In this document: positions 1 to 12,184 of the stretch, piece by piece
Layout: every line of letters starts with the position of its first letter
How positions within the stretch are numbered: the stretch's first letter is position 1
NCBI GenBank assembly: GCA_036785375.1
Contig: JAWMAR010000084.1
Span: forward strand, 3,162,001-3,226,000
Direction: 5' to 3'
DNA length: 64,000 nt
Source: Leucoraja ocellata
Taxonomy: Eukaryota
The notes under the pieces: generated by a model
Told to the model about the DNA's origin: nothing
Database searches by the model: none
The model's input: the letters and a program-made list of their open reading frames with translations, nothing else
Position numbers and translations under genes: made by a program

Positions 1-276
1 ATTTGGTGTACATATAGTGGCTGGTGTACATATGGTGTACATATAGCTGCTAAATTTGTATAAGATAATTATAAGCAGTTGAATAAGGGGTGGGAATTAA
101 TAAGCTCTGGCTTCTTCCTGCCCCTTTTCGGACACATACAATTTCATTTATTTATAGATATTGTTTATGACTCTTTATAAATATTCTTGTTTTGTTTTTT
201 GTATGCTGTTTCACACTTGCTTTTTATTCTTTTATTCTGTTCGAAATAAATAATAAAATAAAATAAAACAAAATAA

Positions 277-1925
277 ATGAATAAGTATATTAGCCAAGTA
301 TCCACATACAAGGAATTTGCCTTGGTGCTCCGCCCACAAGTAACAACTTGACATACAGTGACAGTTAAGAATGATACATAAAACATTAAACATTAATAAT
401 AAAACATTATTGATTAAACATGTGAATTAAATAAAATACCAGAGCAAAAGGAGGCTACAGATTTTTGGTTATTGAGTAGAGCTACTACTCGTGGAAGAAA
501 GCTGTTTTTATATCTGGCTGTGGCAACTTTGACAGTCCATAGTCGCCTTCCAGAGGGAAGTGATTCCAAGAGTTTGTGTCCAGGGTGAGATGGGTCAGGG
601 ATGATCTTACCCACTCGCTTCCTGGCCCTTGCAGTGTAAATTTGTCAATGGTGGGAAGGTTGCAGCCAATAAACTTCTCAGCTGATCGGAGGATTCGCTG
701 CAGCCTCAGGGCTATGTGCTTGGTGGCTGAACCAAACCAGACCATGATGGAGAAGGTGAAGATGGTCTCTACGATGGCCGTATAGAATTGGACCATCATT
801 GCCTGTGGTAAATTGTGCTTCCTCAACTGCCGCAGGAAGTACATCCTCTGTTGTGTCTTTTTGACTGTGGAGTCGTTGGTAGCCCCCCCACTTAAGGTCC
901 TTGGAGATGATGGTTCCCAGGAACTTAAAATACCCCACAGGTGTGACTGTGGTGTTGTTGATATTGAGTGGGGTGAGGGGAGGGGGAGCTCTCGTAAAGT
1001 CTACAATCAATTCCACTGTCTCAAGAGCATTGAGCTCCAGGTTGCCAGCTGTGACACTTCCTGTCTGTTGGCAGATTCCTCCTCATCCTGGATCAGTCCA
1101 ATCAGGATTGTGTCGTCCGCAAACTTGAGAAGCTTGACAGATGAGTCGGTGGAGGTGCAGTCATTGGTGTAGAGAGAGAGAAGAGGAGAGGGGAGAGTAT
1201 GCAGCCTTGCGGTGCTCCTATGCTGAGGGTTTGCGGGTCTGAGATGTGCTTTCCCAGACTCACATGCTGCTTCCTGTCTGTCAGGAAGCTGGTGGTCCAC
1301 TGACAGATGGTTCAGGCACAGTCAACTCGGAAAGTTTGGAGTGAAGTAGCTCTGGCACAATGGTGTTGAATCCAGAGCTAAAATTAACAAACAAAATCCT
1401 TGCATAGGTCCCCTGGAAGTCTAGGTGCTGGAGGATAAACTGCAGGCCCAGGTTGACTGCACCATCCACAGATCTATTGGCCCGATATGCAGGCTGCAGA
1501 GGGTCCAGCAGGGGGTTTGTGATATTTTTCAGCTTGGCCAACACAAGCCTTTCAAGGGTCTTCATGACAACAGAGGTCAGTGCGGCAGGCCTGTAGTCAT
1601 TAAGACTAGCATTCCTTGCCTTTCTGGGTATAGGGACAATAGTGGAGACTTTGAAGTAGGCAGGGACATTACAGGTTTGCAGGGACTGGTTAAAAATGTC
1701 TGTGTAGACCGGTGCCAGTTGTTCGGCACAGAGCTTGAGAGCAGAGGGGAAACATTGTCCGGTCCTGGAGATTTCCGGCTTTTCTGTCTTCTGAAAAGCC
1801 TCACCACCACCTCTATTTTTGTTGTTGATGATGGAGAAGTGATGTTGTGCAGCACGGAGGGTGTGGGAAATTAGGTGTGAAGTGGTGATTGGAGAGGGGT
1901 GGTCTGGTGTTCTGCTCCGCATTCA
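277..1925 (-). mobile_element. Rex-Babar (Rex1-like) non-LTR retrotransposon, 5'-truncated and frameshifted
   Basis: Minus-strand RT pieces: [21 protein letters not shown]...YRANRSVD...[15 protein letters not shown] (1281-1922), LYTNDC...KFADDT (1007-1300), FKFLGTIISKDLKW, and C-terminal YFLRQLRKHNLPQAMMVQFYTAIVE (485-844). 3' UTR runs to about 277. Confidence 0.85.
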
Positions 1926-2129
1926 CAGGCTGGGTTCTGGCGGAGTCCCCATCTCCACATGCTGGCATTGAAACGCCCAACACCAGTACAAAGTCTGTTG
2001 AACCACCCATGCACCTCTGGGGAGGTCAGACCCTGGACAGCTTTTATCTGGTGAAGAGATGTAGCTGTGTAATGGAGATGAGGTTGCCTTCCACTCCTGT
2101 GATCACTTGGTGGCTATTCAGTGTGCTTT

Positions 2130-2620
2130 TGTTCCAACTATGTCCCAGCTACACTAGTCCCACTTGCCTGCACTTGGTCCATATCCCTCCAAGCCTGTCC
2201 TATCCATGTACCTGGCTAACTGTTTCTTAAATGATGGGATAGTCTCAGCCTCAACTACCTCCTCTGGCAACTTGTTCCATACACCCACCACCGTTTGTGT
2301 GAAAAAATTACCGCTTGGATTACTGTTAAATCTTTTCCCCTTCACCTTGAGCCTATGTCCTCTAGTCCTTGATTCCCCTACTCTGGGCAAAAGACTTTGC
2401 ATCTACCTGATCTATTCCTCCCATGATCGTGTACACCTCTATAAGATCACCCCTTATCCTCCTGCACTACATGGAATAGAGACCCAGCCTACTCAACCTC
2501 TCCCTCTAGCTCACATCCTCTAGTCCTGGCAACATCCTTGTAAATATTTTCTGAACCCTTTGAAGCTTGACAATATCTTTTATATAACATGGTGCCCAGA
2601 ACTGAACACAATATTCTAAA
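2130..2620 (-). mobile_element. CR1-type LINE 3' fragment
   Basis: ORF2 C-terminus ESRTRGHRLKVKGKRFNSNPSGNFFTQTVVGVWNKLPEEVVEA (ORF 2154-2402). Confidence 0.85.
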
Positions 2621-3117
2621 TATTTTGGTGCCATTTTCGATGTCCAAAATAAAGCTCACCATAGTGACCCATTGCAGCCATCACCTCCTTCCAGACCATC
2701 CCTCGAACTGTTGTCCCTCTCCTCGCCAGCCCACCATTCACCCTTTGACCTCCGGTGGCACTTCCTGCAGCCGACCTTGAGGGCACGGTAGGTAAACTCC
2801 CCTGTTCATCTTACCGGCCCTTTGTTCTTGCATCCGTTGACTCCCTCCACCTTCCTCTACAGTTCTCCAGTCCTCTGGCACGAGCAGGGGCTGAGCCTGG
2901 TGGCTTCCCTCTCTAGGCTTATCTCCTGGTTCCACGGCCTGCTGCCGGCAATTGGTGTGGCCCATGGCTCCATGTCCCCAGGCTAAGGTAGTCTGAGCTG
3001 GGTTCCCAGTGGAAACGAATGCCTGGGTCCAACCTGGGTTCACAACCTGTGGAGTAACCCATGGCAGGCAGGCACCAATATGTAGACAAGAGATCTGTCT
3101 CATTGTTTGTTCAAAAA

Positions 3118-3372
3118 TAGACACTAAAAGCAGGAGCAACTCAGTAGGACCGGCAGCATGTCTGGAGAGAAGGAATGAGTGATGTTACGGGTTGAGATCC
3201 TTCTTCAGACTAGTTGGGTTATAAGGGAAACAAGAAATATAGACGATGATATTGAGAGATAAAGAACAATGAATTAAGAATATTCAAAAATGTAACGATG
3301 ATAAAGGAAATGGGTCATTGTTAGCTCTTTGTTGGGTGAGAACGAGAAGCTGGTGTGACTTTGGTGGGGGAG

Positions 3373-3415
<43 letters not shown>

Positions 3416-3538
3416 ATGCCGGGTTTACTTGAATTTAGAGAAATGAATATTCATACCACTGGGTTGTAAGCTGCCCAAGCGATGTATGAGATGCTGTTTC
3501 TCCAATTTGTGTTTAGCCTCACTCTGACAATGGAGGAC
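3118..3538 (-). mobile_element. Penelope-like element 3' end (GIY-YIG C-terminus plus pseudo-LTR)
   Basis: Minus-strand translation of 3425-3538 is VLHCQSEAKHKLEKQHLIHRLGSLQPSGMNIHFSKFK*. It is followed by a (TC)n tract and GTCTGAAGAAGGATCTCAACCCGTAACATC (about 3180-3210), a decayed hammerhead-like core. Confidence 0.75.
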
Positions 3539-3551
3539 AATGTTTGTTCAA

Positions 3552-4318
3552 ATTCAGATTCAGATTCAGATTCAATTTAATTGTCATTTGGACCCCTTGA
3601 GGTCCAAACGAAATGCCGTTTCTGCAGCCATACATTACAAACAAATAGACTCAAGACACAACATAATTTACATAAACATCCATCACATTGCTGTGATGGA
3701 AGGCCAAAAAAACTTATCTCTCCACTGCACTCTCCCCCCCCCCCCCCCCCCCCCCCCGATGTCAGAGTCAAAGTCAAAGCCCGCGGCTGGCGGTGGCTAT
3801 TATCCCGCGGCAATTAAAGTCACGCCGGGTGGTGCGAGGTCGCACACCGGGTTCTTGATGTTGGAGCCCCCGGCGGGCGCTCGCAGAGTCCCGCGGCCAT
3901 TCCAAGCCGCGCGGGGCGGTGCTGTAAGGCCCCGCTCCAGGAGCTCTTCAACCCCGCAACTCGGGCGGGAGAAGTCGCCGTTGCGGTAGCCCTGAAAAGC
4001 GGGCTCCCGGTGTCGCCGTTCGCCAGACCCGCAGTTGCAGCCTCCGAATCTACGGAGGTCGGGCCGCAGCAGCGCTCCACCACCGCACCACCCGCTCTGG
4101 ACTCGGCCAGCTCCGCGACGGTGAGGTGAGTCGTCGGCACCAGAGCCCCCGGTCTTCCTGTTGGAGGCCACTCCTCATTGCAGCCCCAACAACAACGGAG
4201 ACCCGACAAAGAAAAGGTCGGGTCTCCCATGCAGGGAGAGATTAAAAGTTACCCCCTCCCTCCCACCCCACACACACACACACCCCAACAAAAAATAACA
4301 AAAACTACACAAAAACTT
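3552..4318 (-). mobile_element. GC-rich non-coding retroposon or long 3' UTR with a Rex-type tandem tail
   Basis: (CAGATT)n tail followed by TTTAATTGTCAT, the same style of 3' end as the Rex-type elements here. Interior is CpG-rich with no credible ORF. Confidence 0.45.
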
Positions 4319-7300
4319 TAAAATGGCAACAGATCTGCTATAGTTGTCAAGTTGATGTATCTCTTTCCTTCAGTTAGAACTGGTGTTCATTATTCAGAGA
4401 TTTCTGTTCTATTCTCTCAAGTTTGATTGTGAAGGATTCAGATTTGTGTTTATACACCTGTGTTCTAAAGTGCTTGTGAGAATTTGCCCTTCACAGCAGT
4501 TTTAGACTGCAGCTGAATGCATCAATTAGCTGGCAGTATTCAAAATACTTGTTCATTGTGCAGGTGTTCATGCAGAGGTAGACTTCAATCTTTTTCATTA
4601 CCCTCCGGCATTATTAAATACAAGGCATCTTTAGCATTCTGTCTTCCCCAGTGACCTGATAAGTATATTCATATTTATGATGTGACTATTGAGAAAATTG
4701 CAGGAAGAAAAAAAGCTTGCAGTGCAGAAGAGATGGTGATATTAGAGATGTTACAAGCATTGTGTTAATTGACTTTTTATGCATTTTTTTCCTGCTTTTG
4801 CTAAGTTTGGACAGAGAGGAACTAATCGGTGGAAGGCGGTTACAGGAGATGCAAAAGACCAAACTTTATATCTGGTTGAATATATAAATCTTTATGCATT
4901 TCACTATCTGAAAGATTTTCGCAAAGGCACAGATGATAAACCAAAGAGAGAGATATTAGGAAGAGTGACCAAACATTTGATCAAAATAATTAATTTCAAG
5001 GGGGGGGGGGGGGGGGGAAAGATACAAAAGCAAAAGATTCTAGAGCAAGGGGCTTACCTGAGAGAAAGTGTGGAACTAGGATGAAAGTATTGTTTCAGGA
5101 AAAAATATAGTTACAGGTGCATACATTAAAAAGGTTATGTGTTATTTTAAGCACATGTTTGAGACCTTTTGGTGTTAGGTTGCAATGAGAGTCAGTGCAG
5201 TCTGTTAACAATGGCAATGGTATTTGAACAATAGAAAGCAAAGAGCTTAAAGATTTTAAACATCCTTCTGGTTATGGCAGATGGAAGACAGTCTGGCTTT
5301 GGAGTCATTGGTACAGTTGGTGGCGAATGTCACAGGCAGAAATAAACCGTTATTATAACGGAAAAGAGCAATAGGCCTGGGAGCACAGTGGGATGTAAAT
5401 TGTCCAGTTCATTCTGCCAGGGGAGAACACAGTCATTATCAATGGCATGTTTTATTGATGGAGGCTAAATATGGAGCGGCATAAATGCACCCAAAACTTA
5501 AAATATATTCTGTGTGAATTGTTGGCAACTTTATTAATTTGATTCTGTTACAGTTAGTGGAGCCAGATTTAGTAGTATGCAAAAGTGCTACAGTGATGCA
5601 TGTTCATAGAGAATAGGTTTGGAAGAACAGTGTTATTTTGGTCTTTATTACACAGGAAAGTTGTCACATAAAGAAACATTGATAAGGTTGCATGGGGGAA
5701 AAGGTTAGAATATATTTAGAGCATAATGTGCATTTTTCTTCACAGTAGCTAAAAATATATACTTGCCTTTGTGGCTGTGCAGTGTTGATTCACTAGATTG
5801 ACTCCTGGAGTAAGGAACCTTTGTAATAAACTGATGATTCACATCGTGTAGTTTAGAATAATGAATCACTCACAATGAAACATCATGATTCCAGGTGGGA
5901 TTGACAGGGTAGATGAAGAGAGGGACTGTGTCCTTCACTGGATGGTTTGAACAAGAGAACATAATTTCAGGATGTGGGGCAGCCATACATTGAGACGTCT
6001 TTTACGTGGTGAATTGCAAAGTTTGGGGAATTTCTACCTCCAACAATTCAATCACAATCAACATACGAGGAATTTCATTTGCCAAGTCGGTCAAGCGTAT
6101 TTAAGTGTATCAAATGTATATAAGGTTACGATGGGTAAACATTTAGACATAGAGGAATCTCTGGATTGGGGATCAGTTGAGCAAATGACTGAAACTCAGG
6201 TCAACCAATATCTGAATGAATGCGTGAGCAAGATTAAAGTGTCATGTGGCCTACAGCAGTTTCTATTTCATCAGTTCTGGTGACCCAAAATAAATCTGGG
6301 CTCCCAATTTATTTCTTCCCTAATGTATCATTTGAGCATTCTAAAAGTTGTTTGGAAATTACGAGCAGAGATCAGTTGTTTTTGGCATGTGGATCTGATC
6401 CTGACACAAAGGTCAATGATTGGGACATCTGTTATAGGAGTAAGTAGGAAAAAAAACACAATTTACAACTGAATAACTTTTGGTGCCTTAATTCAGGAGA
6501 GAGTACAAAAGAGACACTATGAAAATGGGGATTGGGAGATAAGACATATGAATAGAACAATTATCTGAGTTAATTATAGAACAAAGATTTAAGAGATTTA
6601 ACTGAGGTGTTCAAAACTATGAAAGGGTTTGATGATGTAGTCAGGAAAAATTCTTCCATTAGTTTGTGATTTAGCAACTAGGGCATATCGATTTAAGATA
6701 ACCAAAAACATTAAAATAAAGGTTAAAAGGATTTCCTGATATGTTAAGCCCTATCTCCATAGTCATGGCAAAATAATCCATTACATATTTTAGAACGTAA
6801 GTGGACATTTTTAATATATTGGAACGAATAATTAAGTTCTGGTGAAACATTCATTGACGAGAAGCATCTGCCATCTGACCTGCTAAATATTACCAGCAAT
6901 TTTTGTTTTATTCAGATTTTCAGCATCTGTAATATTTTATTTTTTAAATTGGTAATCTGACTGCCACTGAGCCAAAAAGAAAATGTATTCCAATTTGTTT
7001 GCATGGAATAAAATTTCTCAATGAATATACGGCCTGAGGTAGGAATGAACGGGGCAGCACCACCACCATTGTATTGCAGAAAGGTGTTTGCTTGTGGATT
7101 ACCCATCGGTGTTTATATGAAGCTATTTTTAAGCAATTAGTATTACAAGTAGAGGTCATACGTTTAGCCTGAGCGGTAAGAGGTTTAAGGGAACCTGTGA
7201 GAGAACATTTTCATTGACAGAATGGGTGGAATGAGTTGTGGAGGCAGCTGCGTTATAACACATAGGAAGTATCTCGACAAATAATTGAATTGCTGAGGTA

Positions 7301-7617
7301 TGGAGAGTTATGAACCAAGTGGGCAGCACAGCTGTTCGTTCTACTGCCCCACAGTGCCAGAGATCAAAGTTGAATCCTGACCTTGGTTGCCATTTGAGTG
7401 GAGTTTGTACGTTCTCCCTGTGACAGCATGGGTTTCCTCCAGGCGCGCTAGTTTCCTGACATATGAATGAATGAATAAGTTTATTGGCCAAGTATTCACA
7501 ATCAAGGAATTTGCCTTGGTGCTCTGCCCGCAAGTGACAACGACATACAGTGACAGTTAGGAATGACACATAAAACATTAAACATTAATAATAAAACATT
7601 ATTGATTAAACATGTGA

Positions 7618-7680
7618 ATTTTACTTCGGAGTCACGTGAGTGACTACGTGAAGAACCCACCCAGCGCGCAGGCGCGGCAT
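7618..7680 (+). repeat. DIRS1 left terminus (left extension plus ITR)
   Basis: 7618-7654 is the exact reverse complement of 12072-12108. 7645-7680 is the exact reverse complement of 12299-12334. Contains the small hairpin AGTCAC-GTGA-GTGACT. Confidence 0.95.
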
Positions 7681-7793
7681 TACGTCAGTAGTGCAACAGC
7701 GGCAGCAGCTGGAGCCAGGCTCTCCAGCTGCAGCATAAAGACGAGACCTCAGGTAAGTGCCTTTTTTGTTACAGAGTCGCTCTAGAGAGAATA

Positions 7794-9005
7794 ATGGCCT
7801 CTCGCAAGCGACCAGCCAGGAGGACTGCCTGCCCAACTCCACCCGAGGACGGGTCCATAGCGGGACGGCAGCCTCTCGCAGCGGAGGAGCCTTTTCAACG
7901 CTCCCGCTCACCCGACACCGAGCCACCCCCAGTGCTGCAGATTTCAACGCCCCGCACAGGGAGGAAGGCGACACATAAAACCGACCGGCCGGTGTCCTCC
8001 GATGAATCGGAGGAACGGGAACACTCTCCCCCACCGAAAAGGGGAGACGCTCGGATCAGCTGCATGAGGCAGCTCCTCGAGCGCATGATAAACGAGGAGA
8101 TGCGGCATCTCCCAGGAGGACGGGCTTTGGCCTCCTCCTCTCCACACCCTTCTGTACCCTCTATGTTCGAGGGCAGTAAGGGAGGCCAGGACTGGGCTGG
8201 CCTATCCCAAGGGCAGGCGGAGGATACCGTCAGCATGCCGGGCGTGCCGGAAGAAGAGCTACTGGGTGTAGTGGGCCGATATGCGGCGCCCCCAACAACT
8301 GGGATGGTGTTGCCACCCAGAATGGCGGCCACTATAAACAGGCTGTCCAACAACCCGCTGCAGGACAAGGCTGTCCAGCAGGCCCTTGACAATTACATCG
8401 CGCCAGAAAATTGCGAGGCGCTGAGGGTCAAGACGGTCAATGGGCAGATCTGGAACCAGCTGGGGCAGCAAATCAGGGCTCAGGAAGTCAAAATGCAGCG
8501 AGTCCTGAAGCTCCACTCAGCAGCCGTCACCGCCTTTGCTCGGTCCGTTGGGGATGAAGACCTGACCATACCCCAGCAGGATGCCCTCGCACTGATGTGC
8601 AGCACCACGTATGAGCTAAATAACCTACGGCGGGACAACATCAGGCCTGCCCTCAACCCAACATATGCCGGCCTCTGTAAAGCTCCAGCGCCCGAACGAC
8701 AGGCGCTGCTATTTGGTGCGGATCTGGCCAAAAGGCTGAAGGAGTTGGAAGAGGCGGCAAAACCAGTAGGCCTCATGAGGGCAGGGCCAGGACCGAGCAG
8801 GGTGAAGACACCCAGTTGGCCGCACGCCCCGGCAGCCACCAGCAGATACCGAGCTGGTGAAAGCCTGGTGACCGCCTCCCACTACCCCCAGAGCTCTTTT
8901 TTAGAGCGGGGCCCAGGGCGGAGCCGTGGGAAGATGCGCCGCCCCACCGCAGCACCAACACGGACAACCTTGGGCCAGACCCACCGAAAACGACCCCACA
9001 AGTGA
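7794..9005 (+). CDS. DIRS1 ORF1, gag-like protein (403 aa)
   Basis: Intact ORF in the ORF1 position. PENCEALRVKTVNGQIW...ELNNLRRDNIRPALNPTYAGLC...LLFGADL followed by a basic low-complexity tail, as expected for DIRS1 ORF1. Confidence 0.85.
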   Translation: MASRKRPARRTACPTPPEDGSIAGRQPLAAEEPFQRSRSPDTEPPPVLQISTPRTGRKATHKTDRPVSSDESEEREHSPPPKRGDARISCMRQLLERMINEEMRHLPGGRALASSSPHPSVPSMFEGSKGGQDWAGLSQGQAEDTVSMPGVPEEELLGVVGRYAAPPTTGMVLPPRMAATINRLSNNPLQDKAVQQALDNYIAPENCEALRVKTVNGQIWNQLGQQIRAQEVKMQRVLKLHSAAVTAFARSVGDEDLTIPQQDALALMCSTTYELNNLRRDNIRPALNPTYAGLCKAPAPERQALLFGADLAKRLKELEEAAKPVGLMRAGPGPSRVKTPSWPHAPAATSRYRAGESLVTASHYPQSSFLERGPGRSRGKMRRPTAAPTRTTLGQTHRKRPHK

Positions 9006-9007
9006 AC

Positions 9008-10942
9008 ATGGAGGTAGGTGGGTCTGGTTCCTGTCAACATACACAGACAAAGGGTGTAGTATTAACAGGGGGACGTTTGAGGTTCTTCAAGCATGTTTGG
9101 TGCTCCCTTACTAACAATAAGTTTATACTCAACAGTATTAGTGGATACAAAATTGAGTTCAAACCAGGCGTAGAACCGCCAGTTCAGCACATGCCCCAAA
9201 GGGTGTTCCTTCCCTCGGCAGTTGAGAAGGTAGAAGGACAAGCTGAACTTGATCGGCTCGTGGCTAAAGGCATCATAGAAATGACCACACACGAGCCGCA
9301 AGAATTTGTATCAAATATTTTTCTCAAAACCAAAAAAGATGGTGGATGTCGCATTATTATTGATCTGACGTCACTTAATCAGTCTGTTGAGTATCAACAT
9401 TTCAAAATGGAGACATTTGTCACTGCCAGACAACTGATCTCCAAGGGATACTACATGGCAAGCATAGATATCAAAGATGCTTACTATTTGGTACCCATTC
9501 ATAAAGATTACTTTAAATATCTGAAATTTATCTGGAGGGGCCAGCTATGGCAGTACCGAGCTTTGCCCAATGGTTTAACGACAGCTCCCAGACTATTTAC
9601 GAAAATTCTTAAAGTGGCCATGAAGAAATTGAGAGAACTAAAACATTTAGTTGTGGCCTATCTGGACGATGTTCTCATATTAGGAAGAACACGGGAACAA
9701 GCTGTCGCAGGAGTGTTAGCCACTAAACAACTCCTTGAAACTTTGGGTTTTATCCTTCACCCAGATAAATCAATATTGGAGCCTACTACTAACATGGATT
9801 ACCTAGGCTTCACTATTGACACGATTCACATGACTGTCACTCTGCCCAGAGACAAAACAGTTTCACTTATTGAAGCTTGTAGCTATTTAATTGCTACACC
9901 ACAACCTAGAATACGGCATGTAGCCAGAGTTATTGGCTCTATAGTAGCAGCATTTCCGGCTGCCCAACATGGGCCCTTGCATTATCAAAATCTACAAAGA
10001 GCAAGGACTCATGCATTACGCCTTCATAGGGGGCATTATGATCGCAAAATGGATTTACCCGCTGAAGCCAAATCAGAACTTCAGTGGTGGGTTGACAATA
10101 TTTGGCACAGTCACAGTCCTATCGCCGTAACCAATCCTAACATAACCATTGCAACGGATGCCAGTGCTTTAGGCTGGGGAGCTACTAACTCCATAGACAG
10201 CACAGGTGGCAGATGGACTAACTCAGAGGCATCGCTACTACAATCACTGGGCATTAACTTTTTGGAAATGCTCGCCGCCTTTTATGGGCTAAAAGCATAT
10301 GCATCTGATATGCGGCACGTGCATGTTAGAATTATGATCGACAACACTACGGCAGTATCTTATATCCAGCACATGGGTGGCATTAAATCAGTATCATGCG
10401 ACAAATTAACTGCTATAATCTGGCAATGGTGTGTCGAGAGACATATTTGGCTATCAGCTGCCTATTTACCAGGCAAGCTAAATTTAGTGGCGGACACCAG
10501 GTCACGAAAATTCAACGACAACATCGAATGGATGTTGGACCCAAAATTATTTGCTAAAATTGTCAAGCAATATGGTACGCCAGATATAGATTTGTTTGCG
10601 TCTAGGTTAAATCACCAACTACCCATGTATGTGGCTTGGGAACCAGACCCAGAGGCAGCAGCGGTAGATGCCTTCACGCTGGATTGGGGAAATTTCTTTT
10701 TCTATGCTTTCCCTCCCTTCTGCCTCATCAGTCGGGTACTCCAGAAAATTCAGGCAGACTCAGCCTCTGGCATTCTGGTCGTGCCCGACTGGCCTACCCA
10801 ACCATGGTTCCCAATGTTCCACGACATGGTGGTAGAGACACCAATGGTCCTTCAACACCACCCCCAATTATTGACTCACCCGGTAACTGGCATTAGCCAT
10901 CCATGCCACCAAAAATTGAAACTCCTGGTTTCCAGATTTTGA
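9008..10942 (+). CDS. DIRS1 ORF2: reverse transcriptase, RNase H and Dam-like methyltransferase domain
   Basis: RT: IDIKDAY, LPNGL, YLDD (9659-9670), YLG. RNase H: TDASALGWG, INFLEM, IDNTTAV, ADTRSR. MT: DLFAS (10589-10603), YAFPPF (10703-10720), VVPDWPTQPWF. First ATG at 9008, 2 nt after the gag stop; the ORF track opens at GTG 9002. Confidence 0.95.
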   Translation: MEVGGSGSCQHTQTKGVVLTGGRLRFFKHVWCSLTNNKFILNSISGYKIEFKPGVEPPVQHMPQRVFLPSAVEKVEGQAELDRLVAKGIIEMTTHEPQEFVSNIFLKTKKDGGCRIIIDLTSLNQSVEYQHFKMETFVTARQLISKGYYMASIDIKDAYYLVPIHKDYFKYLKFIWRGQLWQYRALPNGLTTAPRLFTKILKVAMKKLRELKHLVVAYLDDVLILGRTREQAVAGVLATKQLLETLGFILHPDKSILEPTTNMDYLGFTIDTIHMTVTLPRDKTVSLIEACSYLIATPQPRIRHVARVIGSIVAAFPAAQHGPLHYQNLQRARTHALRLHRGHYDRKMDLPAEAKSELQWWVDNIWHSHSPIAVTNPNITIATDASALGWGATNSIDSTGGRWTNSEASLLQSLGINFLEMLAAFYGLKAYASDMRHVHVRIMIDNTTAVSYIQHMGGIKSVSCDKLTAIIWQWCVERHIWLSAAYLPGKLNLVADTRSRKFNDNIEWMLDPKLFAKIVKQYGTPDIDLFASRLNHQLPMYVAWEPDPEAAAVDAFTLDWGNFFFYAFPPFCLISRVLQKIQADSASGILVVPDWPTQPWFPMFHDMVVETPMVLQHHPQLLTHPVTGISHPCHQKLKLLVSRF

Positions 10943-11913
10943 ACAGGCCTTACCGGGGATTGGGGTTATCAGACAGAACAATCACCACCATGTCGGCATC
11001 CCTGCGAGTTTCCACCAAGAAACAGTACCTGACCTTCATCAGGAAATGGGAACAGTACTGTCTGGACGCAGGGACATCCTACAAGACGGCTTCGATCTCG
11101 GATGTGCTGGAGTTCCTGGCCCACCTGCACCATGATCTCAAGATGAGCTACAGTGCCATCAATACGGCTCGGAGCGCACTGTCCGCATACCTCATGCCGA
11201 TAGAACAGCATAGTGTGGGATCCCACCCTCTGGTCATCAGACTCCTTAAGGGGATCTTTAATACCAAACCCCCTACACCTAGATACACTCACATGTGGGA
11301 TGTGAGTGTAGTTCTGACACACCTTCGAGGTTGGCCTCCGGTGGGATCCCTGAGCCTGGAACAGTCCACTTATAAGACCCTCATGCTCATGGCGCTTGTC
11401 TCAGCTCAAAGGGTTCAGTCGCTCCATCAGCTAAATCTGAACTACATGGTGACCACCCCAGATACCATTACTTTCACCATGCCGGGGTTGGTAAAACAAA
11501 GTAGACCAGGTACATCAAACTCCCCGTTGATCTTCCGGGCTTACCCTCCAGAACCTAGGCTGTGTGTGGTGACCCACCTTCATCATTATCTAGACACAAC
11601 CCAAACGCTTAGAGGGAGAGAGAAAGCCTTATGGGTTAGCCACAGAAAGCCTTTTGGACGGGTTACCAGCCAAACATTATCCAGATGGTTGAAACAGGTC
11701 CTCAGCATGGCAGGGATTAACACAAATGTTTTTAAATCCCATTCAACCAGGGCAGCGTCCACCTCAGCGGCGGATAGGATGCAGGTTCCCCTAGACCACA
11801 TCCTCAGAGCAGCGGGATGGTCAAGGGAATCGACATTCCAACGATTTTACAGGAAACCGCTGATGGAACAGGACGTCTTTGCGGATACCATTTTAGAAAC
11901 CGCAAAGTTATGA
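10903..11913 (+). CDS. DIRS1 ORF3: tyrosine recombinase (the real start may be ATG 10990)
   Basis: Core-binding region (STKKQY...YSAINTARSALS) and catalytic set R (AQRVQSL), K (VKQSRP), HxxR (HSTRAAS), AGW and Y (FQRFYRK). No stops. Confidence 0.93.
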   Translation: MPPKIETPGFQILNRPYRGLGLSDRTITTMSASLRVSTKKQYLTFIRKWEQYCLDAGTSYKTASISDVLEFLAHLHHDLKMSYSAINTARSALSAYLMPIEQHSVGSHPLVIRLLKGIFNTKPPTPRYTHMWDVSVVLTHLRGWPPVGSLSLEQSTYKTLMLMALVSAQRVQSLHQLNLNYMVTTPDTITFTMPGLVKQSRPGTSNSPLIFRAYPPEPRLCVVTHLHHYLDTTQTLRGREKALWVSHRKPFGRVTSQTLSRWLKQVLSMAGINTNVFKSHSTRAASTSAADRMQVPLDHILRAAGWSRESTFQRFYRKPLMEQDVFADTILETAKL

Positions 11914-12071
11914 TTTAAAGCCCATGGGAGCTATTTTTTGTTATAGTTAATAAACATTTCTTTTATAACTAAACAAACTTGTTGGTCTTTAGCTACCACT
12001 TCCTCCCTCGATGATCTTTCGGCAGTGAGTGATATAACTGTTACACGGTTTGAAATCACAGACCTTTGAAG

Positions 12072-12184
12072 TCTTCACGTAGTCACTCACGTGACTCCGA
12101 AGTAAAATAGTAAGATTAAATGAGTACTTACCAGTACGAAGTTTGATCTGTATTTTATGAGGAGTTACGATGAGGGATTACGTG
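12072..12184 (+). repeat. DIRS1 internal complementary region (ICR), a reverse-complement copy of the circle junction
   Basis: 12072-12108 pairs with the left end (37/37). 12106-12184 pairs with the right end 12329-12407 (78/79). The two halves share AAT at 12106-12108. Confidence 0.95.

Noticed and set aside
3378-5037. (GA)n, poly-C and poly-G runs (also at about 29118-29200, 31546-31574 and 36127-36150) as G-quadruplex regulators
   Set aside because: They lie mostly inside repeats and their lengths are prone to sequencing error; no evidence of function.
9008-11913. Prophage, bacterial contamination or retron (RT plus Dam plus integrase)
   Set aside because: This domain set with ITR/ICR is the standard DIRS1 architecture, and it is cleanly inserted in a vertebrate LINE.
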